From assembly GCA_009912235.1 (NCBI GenBank), contig WNDS01000003.1:719634-783633 (forward strand): a DNA stretch of 64,000 bases. The letters are read 5' to 3'. Below, piece by piece: positions 20,904-29,906 of the stretch. The position numbers and the translations under genes are program-made. Within the stretch, counting starts at the first letter, position 1; every line of letters starts with the position of its first letter. Below the pieces are notes generated by a model. It saw only the letters and a list, made by a program, of their open reading frames with translations, searched no databases and had not been told where the DNA came from. This DNA comes from Stenotrophomonas maltophilia (GTDB taxonomy: Bacteria > Pseudomonadota > Gammaproteobacteria > Xanthomonadales > Xanthomonadaceae).

Positions 20904-22500
20904 CTATACTCCTCTTGCGCCCGCCACTTCAACAATTGGCATGTACGCCACTAACGCCATTGGCTCAGGCAACAGTTGCGGTCGCGGCTTGCCACTAACC
21001 ACATGGACCGGGTCAATATCAACAACGACTAGCGCCTGATCTTTACCTGATAGCGGACCTTGCCCGTCCGCTTGGAGGATCCCCTTTTGCCATCCGTGAT
21101 AGGAAGTCAGCAGCTTGACCACGCCAACCTGAGATTTGCTGCGAGTCACGGAGTCGATTCCGATAAAGCAACTCTCCCCGTTTGCCCCATCAAAGACCGC
21201 GTTGCAAAAAACTGTCGCTGTACCTGATGCAAGCACACTTGCTTGGCCAGCATGCCAATAGTCATTACTTCGGCTAGTGTGAGCAGGCACAATGAGGACA
21301 GAGCGTCGCTCACGGCGGCCGTGCGCGAATGTAAGCAGATCACCAACTGCAAGCAAATCATCCGTAACTTCGTTACTGGCTTGTTTGGGATCCTCAGAAA
21401 ACAATGCGAGCATCTTCTCAAGCTCTTGTTCCAGTGGCCTACGGTTTGCCGGACTAGTCAGAAGGAAAATCTCCGAACAAATCAGCTCCATGCAGTAGCG
21501 CAGCTTCGGAGAGTCGTTTACCAACGCGTTGATTAACCCCTTGATGTCAGAACCACGCCACGATTCCGAGCCGGACCGGAGATCGCTTATCACGTCGAGC
21601 ACACTCTCATCAGAAAAGAGAGGAGCCAGTTTTCCAAGATGCGGCCTGAAGAGCTCGTGCGCCGTTACAGATCTGTACTTCTTACCTCTAGACATTTCTA
21701 TTGTAGGAGAACGAGCATCCAAGCCCAGCTGAGTCACCAGAGAGTTCTCCGGCCTCCACAACAAGGTCGTGATTTCCTTCAAATGCTCAGACTCGACAGT
21801 TGAAGAGAAATTTCGGTATGTTCCTGCGAGAATCGAAAGGCCCGGATAGTGAAGCGTGAGCTCTCGTTTCATCCATTCGATTGTGTCCTTTCGGACTGAA
21901 ACTTCGGGAAGAACCAAGAGCTCCACGCCCAGCAAGTGGCACGCCTGCAGTGCCTCCGTCAAAACTGCTCGGCGTCGATGTTCCGGCCAAGAGATAAGGG
22001 CCATCTCTTGATTCCAGAGGTGTTCTGCGCCCGGTGTTGCCGCCGCTCTTACTGCCCGAAAGTCACGATTGCTCAGTACGGAGATCAAGTCATCGCGAGC
22101 GCCCTGACCCAGCGGAATTCCATCGATACCCACTTCGGCTAGCGGATGCGAGTAGCTGTCTTGGGACCGAAGCTGAAGCAGCGCTACGCGGAAGTGACTA
22201 CTGGCCCTTGCGACACTAGCGACGTCGCCAGGCTCCGCTCTCCTGCGACGAGACAGAGAAATTTTCTGTCGTTGTCGAAGATGGCTGAGAACTTCGGCTG
22301 ATTTAGTGCTCTCAAACATAGCATCCTGACTCAGGCGATAGGTCTCCCCAACGGGAGCCGGGCTCTCAGGGTCCACCGTTGATTCTGCCGCCGCCGAGTC
22401 GGGATACTTCGCTACACGAGCCGACGACGCAGGCCATCGATCAAATTCCGTGGGCTTCACTTCCGATACTTCAGTGTTTCCAATGTCGTTTACTCGATCC
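20904..22500 (-). CDS. Nitrilase (C-N hydrolase) domain of the fusion
   Basis: RVALLQ, LLVLPEVSV (Glu), RGKKY (Lys), ELICSE (Cys), VFCNA, G.SCF. Confidence 0.8.
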
Positions 22501-24399
22501 ACCAAGTTCAACTTCCAAGCTTGGATCCGAGCCAGTAAACTGCTATGAGCTCGCCAGTGGACTTCACGCGACTTTCCGTCCAAGCGGACAGCCTCAGCCT
22601 GTTCCTAACTACTCGCTCTACATCACCAGGGCCGACTGATGTGTATTGGGCTTTAGCCATCTGCCAACCGACACCGCTAGCATCAGTGAATTCGTCAGAG
22701 TGAGGGTCCCTGCTGAACTTCCCATGCTCGACGCGCACCACCTGGATATCTAGAAGTAGATCAACTCCATGAACAGCAGCCGACACCGCCTCCACAAGCG
22801 CATCGCAAGCCTCGTCATCTATGGTTTCCAAACCATCGAATGGCCATACGCCCTGCTCCAGCGAGATCGGGGAATCTACTGGAACAGCGCCTCCACATGT
22901 CCATTTGCTGAGAATTCCAAAAATGCGGCCCAGCGCGGAACTCTCTAGAACCGAGGGAAAGTTTGAATCCAGCAATCCAACCATAGCGAGCATCCAGTGC
23001 CATGGCGATGCGCGCCCAAGTGCGACCCAATCCGAGTCCGAGAGCCACTTTCGAATGGCAGCATAATCTGCCTGAGGGTCGGCGCGTATTCCATCGGGCG
23101 CAGCCCAGTCAGGTGGCAGGTACAGATGCTCCTTCATTTGGCTTCTACTACTTTGTGTAAGACCCCACAGAGCAGCGACTGAGCCACGCAGCCCGCTTGT
23201 CGCGACAGAAAGCGCCAAGGCCGTTCGCAGCCATGCTTCATTTTCCTTAGCGTCGGGCTGCGAATGATGACGATCGCCGCCTTGCATAACCTTGTACAGA
23301 GATGTCATCAAGAAGAGTTCCGGGCGCTTACCCCTCTGCTCAACATCCACTACGGCAAGATCAACTCCCTGGAGCACCCAAAGAGGAAGCCGGCTGATCG
23401 CTTCTGGGAAGATCAGATGAAGTTGACTGCGAAGACTGCTCTCACTTCGGCGAGACAACCGCAGGGCCATGGCCCTTGTTTCTGCCTCGGTTGCAATGAC
23501 ATACCGCACTTTGGCTGACAAGTCCTGTGCTATCGGGTAATTCCTGAGCACGTCCAACGTTCGCTTGACAGTTCTCGGCAGATACCCCCTGCTGTCTCCG
23601 TACTCCGATACGTCCACCTGCGCTTCTGAAATATAGAACCCTTGGAGCTTACTGAGCTGCTGTCTAAGAACATAACCCTCGATCAAATCAGCGACTTCAT
23701 GAGGCGAAGGTACCTCACTGAAATCAGCGGGAAGTACCTCTTCGCGTACTCCAACCTCGCCCGCCAAGCCCATAGCCAAGCCGAGTACATCAGCGACCGT
23801 CCAGCCCACGCGCCAAACGTCAGCATGCGCTTTAGGAACACTAATAGTTCGTACGCGACCATCCTGATCATGGAACAAGGCGTTAATGCCGAGCAGCTCG
23901 CGCGGCATTGGATCCGCCAAGAGATGGAGTCCCCTGCCCCGCTCCGATGCGTACTGGACCAACTGCGGCTTGAAAGGAACATAGACAGTTCCTTCAGCCG
24001 CGCCCTTCTCTACATGGATTGCATAGAGAGCGTCGAAGAGAACTGTCGCAACCTCTATTGGCCTCCCTAGTAGAGTCAAATCCCCCGAGCCAATGGCGCT
24101 CCAGGGCACTGCGCCAACACTCCTTTCAATCCCAAGAAGCTTAGCGGGCGAATCTGCCAGTCGAAAGTCTATGCTGGACCACGTGCTTTCTACCACCCTG
24201 TGCTCATGGAACTCGACTCCAACGAACTCACCCGAGCTTTTTGCATCGGCGGAGCCGTAAAAACAAGGATCTCTCTCTGCCCTTCCACATCGGACTTTTC
24301 CAGCGCATATAGAGACGAAGTTCTTTCATCTGCAATCGGAAGATGGGGTATGAGTACTATGCCTGCTGATCCATCCACACCCGATAGGAGATGTGGGAA

Positions 24400-26550
24400 T
24401 CACTCCAACACCTCCAGCCCGCTTCGTCTAGGCGCGCTGTTTAGCACGAATTCTATGGCAAGGCCCAGTACGTCGGCTGCTCCTGACTCAGCGCAAGCAG
24501 CCTCGTCGCTCTTCAGAAGAGCCCGAACACCGTCTGCCAGCTTGAGACCGGCGGAGAAAGAGGTAGATTCTTTAGCGCGCCCTCTCAGTTCATTTAACGG
24601 ATCCCACACTCCATCTGCGCTTGTGGCTCCCGCAGAGTTGAGGGCTTCCGCAGCAATGCATAGCCACTCGACAGAGGTCACCGAGTCTGCACGATGGGCA
24701 TCAATCGGTGGCCTGGGTGAGTCGGTGCCTACAAGTCTCCGAGCCTTCGTGACGATCAGGCGGGAACGTCGTAGCAGATGTGATCGGTTCTCGATCGCGC
24801 TGACATCTGTAAAGAAGTCAGGCCGACAAACCACTTCACCCAGCGCCTTGCGGAGCGCTCGATTCTTCGGCACCTCAAGCAATGCCTGTCCATTCTCTAC
24901 CCAGGGATACGGATCGAGCAGGCGGTCCAATCCCTCGATTGCATAGAGCCGCTGATAGCCGCGTTTCTTAAAACCAGGGCTCCACTCGTGATCTTGGCAA
25001 ACACTGTCCCATAGCTTCCAGAATCTTCCCCATACATCGCGGATAGCTTGACTAGTTACACCATCCCCTTCCTGTGCTACCTGCCACCACAGCCAGCGCG
25101 CGCACAACCCAAGATCGCTCGGCCTAAGATCCTGAGCGTTCATTGCAGCTTCTACTTGAGCGCGAACTCCTGATGGATTTGTGATGAGATCTGGATGCCA
25201 TAGCATCTTCAACGCGCACTGGCGATCAACATCAGGCATATCCTGTGCCATGCCCCAACCAGCCTCACCATCGCCGACAAGCGGCGGCTCCCAGCCGGGA
25301 ACCGAGCCGGCCAGCCCGCGCCCTTCGTTTAGCTGTTGCATCACGGCCTGCGGCGAGCCCGCGCGCACCCGAACTCCTTTATGTATGAGGGAGATCGAAG
25401 AGAGACCCGCCTCCGCCTGCAGAGCCTCCCGCATTTCACCAAAGGCCTGCTCACTATCTGCGAAGATAACTATGTCGTCGACATGGCGGGCGTATCCTGC
25501 TGTTGGTCGATAAATTCCATCTTCAGAAGGCTTTGAAGTTCGTCGGATGAACTGGCGAGCGCAGTTATCCACAGGGAACAGTGCAATTGTTCCGATGTAT
25601 GCAGAAATAACTGGTCCCTGTGGAATCCCGATTGCTTCGCTGCTACGGTCTACGTCACCATCATGCTTGGGGCTTCTTGATGCGAACCCAAAAATAAACC
25701 CCATCAGCAAGCGCTCAAAAGCGCGTGCGTAGGCATCTTTGACCTCGCCTACGTCCAACCCGAACATCTCCGAGAAGCCAAGCGGAATTCCACTCGAGTT
25801 CAACTCATCGAACAGAGGAGTGAGTAGACGATCTAGAACTACGTACCGCTGCACGTTGTCGTAATAGCGCTTTGCATCCAAGCGAAGCACGTGCACCTGA
25901 GAACCTATAGCATGGCACTGCTGGGACAAGCTGCCCATGAAGTCACGCCAACATTCTCCAAACGGCCTGAACTTCCCTTGGTCGGAGGGTGTTTTATCTC
26001 CCTCCAGAACATCCATATCGATCTGATATCCGAAGCTCAGTGTGGATGGCTCACCAGCATGGACGTTAGGTTCGCTGAGCGCTTCAAAGGGGCCCGTAAC
26101 GACGACCTCCCCCCGTGAGGAATACCAACGCACTGCAGGAATACTGGAAGAGAAAGTTCTCCCATCCGCATTGAGGCGATCGTGTCGCTGAGTGAGAAGC
26201 TCATTCAAAACAATCTGCTGCACATGAAGATCGGCAGGGTGAGGCATAACCTTACGACGCGGGTCTTCTAGGGTGCTCTCATCGGCACTTAGCTTGCGAG
26301 GCAGATTCACCGCGTCGAATGGTGCAACCTGGACCCAGTGGGAGTCACTACCGCGCATCAGACTATGCAACCTATCGACGGCTTTTTGATCGAATAGTCG
26401 AGCGTTGCCGCCCAGCGTCAGCCATGCCTCTTCGTCACAGGGGAGCTCACCTCTCCGAGCACCAAAGTAAGCTAAGTTTCTCGCGAGGGCAGTCCTTTCA
26501 TATATCCCTTGAAGATAACCTCCACCTCGCGCTTCGGGGTTGTCATTGCT
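24400..26550 (-). CDS. Reverse transcriptase domain of the fusion (UG/Abi-like)
   Basis: RRKVMPHPAD, LRLDAKRYYDNV (motif A), GIPQGPVISAY (motif B), YARHVDDIVIF (motif C). Confidence 0.85.
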   Translation of the reverse strand, partial: SNDNPEARGGGYLQGIYERTALARNLAYFGARRGELPCDEEAWLTLGGNARLFDQKAVDRLHSLMRGSDSHWVQVAPFDAVNLPRKLSADESTLEDPRRKVMPHPADLHVQQIVLNELLTQRHDRLNADGRTFSSSIPAVRWYSSRGEVVVTGPFEALSEPNVHAGEPSTLSFGYQIDMDVLEGDKTPSDQGKFRPFGECWRDFMGSLSQQCHAIGSQVHVLRLDAKRYYDNVQRYVVLDRLLTPLFDELNSSGIPLGFSEMFGLDVGEVKDAYARAFERLLMGFIFGFASRSPKHDGDVDRSSEAIGIPQGPVISAYIGTIALFPVDNCARQFIRRTSKPSEDGIYRPTAGYARHVDDIVIFADSEQAFGEMREALQAEAGLSSISLIHKGVRVRAGSPQAVMQQLNEGRGLAGSVPGWEPPLVGDGEAGWGMAQDMPDVDRQCALKMLWHPDLITNPSGVRAQVEAAMNAQDLRPSDLGLCARWLWWQVAQEGDGVTSQAIRDVWGRFWKLWDSVCQDHEWSPGFKKRGYQRLYAIEGLDRLLDPYPWVENGQALLEVPKNRALRKALGEVVCRPDFFTDVSAIENRSHLLRRSRLIVTKARRLVGTDSPRPPIDAHRADSVTSVEWLCIAAEALNSAGATSADGVWDPLNELRGRAKESTSFSAGLKLADGVRALLKSDEAACAESGAADVLGLAIEFVLNSAPRRSGLEVLE

Positions 26551-26560
26551 CCCCCCCCCC

Positions 26561-27983
26561 GGAGGACTCGAAGAAGCTCTTCCGCCCAGATTGAGTCAAG
26601 GCCACTTAACCTATCAAATGTTATATCCAGCGACCGCTTGCCAGTAAATTTTCTTATGGCAACGGCGGCGCGATGGAGCGCCCGCTCTCGCGCTATGGGA
26701 GGAAGCTCGGTCCAGCTCCCATCTTGAATCACCGAACTATCCTTTCCTCCAACTGATCCCGCCACAAGGATGCCTTCTGCGGGGAGCTCATAGGTATTCA
26801 GCCAAATTTTGGCACCCGCAGTATCGTTTACTCCGAGCAGACACGAGTCAGGGTCTTTGCCAATTTCTGGCAAATTCCTCCAAGGCGCGCCGATCCACCT
26901 GAGATCTGTACCGATTAGTCCGAGCAGATCCCTCGCCAGGCGATCTGAACCGTCGAATCCAGCGGGATCATTGTCGAGGAATATAGCGATAGTGAGACTG
27001 GTCGCCTTGCTAGGCGAAGCGCTGACAAGGGCGGCCAGCTGCTGAAACTGCCCTTCGCCAAGACTTGTTCCCATTAGAGCCACTGCTTTTTGACCACGGG
27101 CCTCGAGACGCAACGCATCCAGGAACCCCTCCACAAGATAGAGCGTTGAAGGCTGACCGTCCTTTAGCTCTTCTACAATCTTCGGAAATGCAGACTCTGC
27201 ATTAAAGAGATAATTAGATTTCTTGAATCCCGGGGTGAGCATATACTTTGCTGCAGCGCCATCCAGACTATCTGCAACTAGCCTCCCGGCAAACCCGACG
27301 ATCTTTGACCCTTGCCGATCTGATCCGTACACGGGAATGACTACCCGCCCATCCCTAAAGTAGTCCTGATACTGCTCACCGAGTTTCAACTTTAATTGTG
27401 CTACAAATGCGCTTGGTCGCAGGCGGCGAATCAGCCCCAGCTCTAGCAATCCGTCAAGGAGCTCTATCCGCTCACCAATTGGCAGCTTCTGAAGCGCCGG
27501 AACCAGGACAGGCGCACCTACCAATCGCAATCCTTTCTCTTTAAGAAGATCATGATCGAATCCACGACTAGAACACCAATTTCGAAATCCTGCAGCGTCG
27601 TGGCCAACCTCAAATTGCCTCAGAGCAAAGTCTAGCGCCGATACTTTCTGCACCTGTCTTTCGCGGCTCTGTGAATCTCCATGCGCCGGCTGAATGCCGA
27701 AATTTCGTGCAAGCCAATCTACACTGGCTGAGAAATCGTATCCATTTACCTCTTTCACAAGGTCAATGGCGTTGCCGTGCGCCCCACACGAGAAGCAGTG
27801 GAAGTGCGCAGGCGCCCCCCCCTTTTCCGGAGGATAAATATTGAGTGATGGTCGGGAGTCTTGATGGAACGGGCACAGAGCGCGTAGTTGGTGACCGCGC
27901 CGCTCAGCCTTCATGCCAAGACGACTGATGACTTCTTCAAGCGGGGCCTTCGTCAAAAGGTCGCCTATGTCGTACCAAGCCAC
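26561..27983 (-). CDS. DnaG-type primase domain (CHC2 zinc finger + TOPRIM) of the fusion
   Basis: CPFH...CFSC, RVVIPV, IVGFAGR, AKY, LVEGFLD, AVALMGTSL, LDNDPAG, KDPD. Confidence 0.9.
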
Positions 27984-28364
27984 TCCGCGCCCTACCTATT
28001 CAGCTATCTTTAGCAGAGCTTATCAGCTTGTCTACTCTCTTTACTGGCAAAGATGCAGGGGAACTTAGTAGCCGTCGGAGCGCCACTCGATCTAGTTCCG
28101 ATTTTGACCTTGGCAGGGCATCGAAGGCGCGCGAATGCCTCCACGGAGGCAAGCAACTTGCATACAAGATTTTTTGTCGCATTTGGCATCATCAGTGTGA
28201 TGTCGGAGCGACACTTCCGGATTCGGTTACGGAGTGCAGTTAAACCTCCCCGCAAGGGCTGCTCGCCATGGCACCGTGTGCGACAATGCCAAAAGCGTCT
28301 CTGGTTTTGGCGGACTTGACCCCAACCCCTTGGCATTTCAAAAAACTTCAGGCAACTCTGGTAG

Positions 28365-28567
28365 CGCCACCGATAACGGATGGCCGGGCGTCGAAAACCC
28401 GATGTTGTGATGAAGTTTACGCTCGCCAGCCGGCACCACCCCGTGTGGTGTCGCCTGGTGATCCGTCTGCCGGCTATGGCGGACGGTGTGTGGGGCCCCG
28501 TGCCCGCCGGCGATCATCACACACCGGTTTTCGAGCCACGCATCGTCCACCACCTTTATCGGTGGCG
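28365..28567 (+). ncRNA. C4/CI-type antisense RNA with its upstream target boxes (ash-like leader)
   Basis: Stem 28477-28493 / 28536-28552. Loop boxes TCATCACA (28514-21) and GGTTTTCGA (28526-34) are complementary to upstream TGTGATGA (28406-13) and TCGAAAACC (28391-99). A 12-bp enclosing inverted repeat lies at 28365-76 / 28556-67. Confidence 0.6.
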
Positions 28568-28595
28568 GCTTCTGCCTGTCTGCACGGAGCCTGCC

Positions 28596-28943
28596 ATGAA
28601 CAAGCCGCATTCCCCTCCTCCGCGCCCGATCCAGGAAGCGCCCTCGCCTGACCTGGACCCCAACACCCTCATCGCCCTCCTGCGCAGCATTGGTGCGGTT
28701 GCGGCATCCGATGGACAGCCTTGGCCTGAGCGCCATCACCTTCGCGGTCGGCAGATCGCCATGGCCGATGCGGACTGCGCGTTGGCGGGCCAGCACGTGG
28801 TGCAGGAGATTCTGCAGGCGGCGATTCGCGCGCACCAGAACGGTGACTCTGACCAATACGTGGGGGATCGCGTGTTGGAAGGGTTGGCGATGGCTGCGAC
28901 GCGATTAGGCGCATCGCTCGTCGTGCGCGGCAGCGCGGTCTGA
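28596..28943 (+). CDS. Small hypothetical protein downstream of the C4-like leader
   Basis: ATG with GGAG RBS; 115 aa. Confidence 0.65.
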   Translation: MNKPHSPPPRPIQEAPSPDLDPNTLIALLRSIGAVAASDGQPWPERHHLRGRQIAMADADCALAGQHVVQEILQAAIRAHQNGDSDQYVGDRVLEGLAMAATRLGASLVVRGSAV

Positions 28944-29146
28944 TGGCGAACTGTGTGCGCTCTCGTCCTGATGGAATGCAGCACTGGGCCGTGTCGGCTG
29001 AAAATTAACGGACACAACTACTGGACCGCCAACCTCCAACATGTCCGCCCGGATGCTGCTCCCGGCGAGGAACGGACGTTCACACTATCTCAGTCTGGCT
29101 CAACCACGATGCGGCTTGGCGCTGAGAGAGTTTTCGAGCGCCCGCA

Positions 29147-29512
29147 CTACTTGAACATGCCCAACAAATCTCTGTCTTCATGATGGTGTTCCCACGTTGA
29201 GAGGAAGCAGAAGCTCACTCCACTGCGCATGGCAACCGTCTGAAACCCAGTGAGCTCTTCCTTCGTGATCGGATACTCGACCGGATCAAAGTGAAGAAGC
29301 GCCCATGGCTTGAGGAGTGAAAACCCGGATGTGAGTTCCGAAAAGAGTTCCTTCAGCGCAGGCCGGATGGTGGAGAAGTCCGCGATAGCCCCTGAGCGAT
29401 TGCCAAGGACGTGACACTGGCGGCGAATGGTTCTGTCGCCGCCGACCAAGCGAGCGACAAAGTGGTCCTGGTGCACTTGAACGTAGATCAATTGCCGGCG
29501 AAACATCTTCAT
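29147..29512 (-). CDS. Hypothetical protein (possibly YjaA-like)
   Basis: ~120-aa ORF, moderate GC, AGGGA RBS-like sequence. Confidence 0.55.
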   Translation of the reverse strand: MKMFRRQLIYVQVHQDHFVARLVGGDRTIRRQCHVLGNRSGAIADFSTIRPALKELFSELTSGFSLLKPWALLHFDPVEYPITKEELTGFQTVAMRSGVSFCFLSTWEHHHEDRDLLGMFK

Positions 29513-29777
29513 TCCCTGCGCCGCTCTGAATAAAGCCCATCGGTGCAAATCATCACGCCCCATCCGGAAGCCGGACCCGCGCTGCGCATTCTGCCATAAC
29601 GGGCGCAAGCGCTACCCGATCCTTGAAAATGCCACAAGAGTACGTCGCTCGCGCTTATCGCGTTCATCCAGGAACGGGTGCGGCCACAGGAGTGATCGGG
29701 CGTGGGCAAGTGCCGCGCATTGGGCGGTGGGTAGATGAGGACGGGTATGCCGTTTCCGGGTGCCGCGTGTAACGCCC

Positions 29778-29801
29778 CATCCACGCATGACGTGGATCTA
29801 C
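29778..29801. repeat. SMAG REP
   Basis: CATCCACGCATGACGTGGATCTAC, one mismatch to the copy at 1831. Confidence 0.8.
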
Positions 29802-29906
29802 CTCCACGCCCTGTTTTCCATGTTGTTTCCCGGCATCACGTGCCACGACCCACCACCGCCCGGGCCTTCCTGCGGTGCACCCCAGCACCGCAGGAAGCCC
29901 CCCGCT

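Larger units (their letters stand above)
20473..27983 (-). pseudogene. Giant DnaG-primase / reverse transcriptase / nitrilase fusion (~2,500 aa), split by 4 frameshifts and 1 nonsense codon
   Basis: Pieces 26472-27983, 24400-26370, 24190-24378, 22508-24196, 20904-22583 and 20473-20739. Their reading frames overlap and stay open across each junction. Confidence 0.8.

Noticed and set aside
24400-26370. Retron, group II intron, DGR or CRISPR-associated RT
   Set aside because: No VTG or NAxxH retron motifs seen, no intron domain V or maturase X domain, no TR/VR repeat pair, no cas1; nitrilase fusion points to UG/Abi class 3.
26472-27983. Housekeeping dnaG or a prophage replication primase
   Set aside because: No rpsU/rpoD or phage context; low GC; the frame continues into an RT across a G-tract.
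28380-28595. N-terminal extension of the 187-aa ORF
   Set aside because: Overlaps the structured C4-like RNA; a better RBS/ATG is at 28596.
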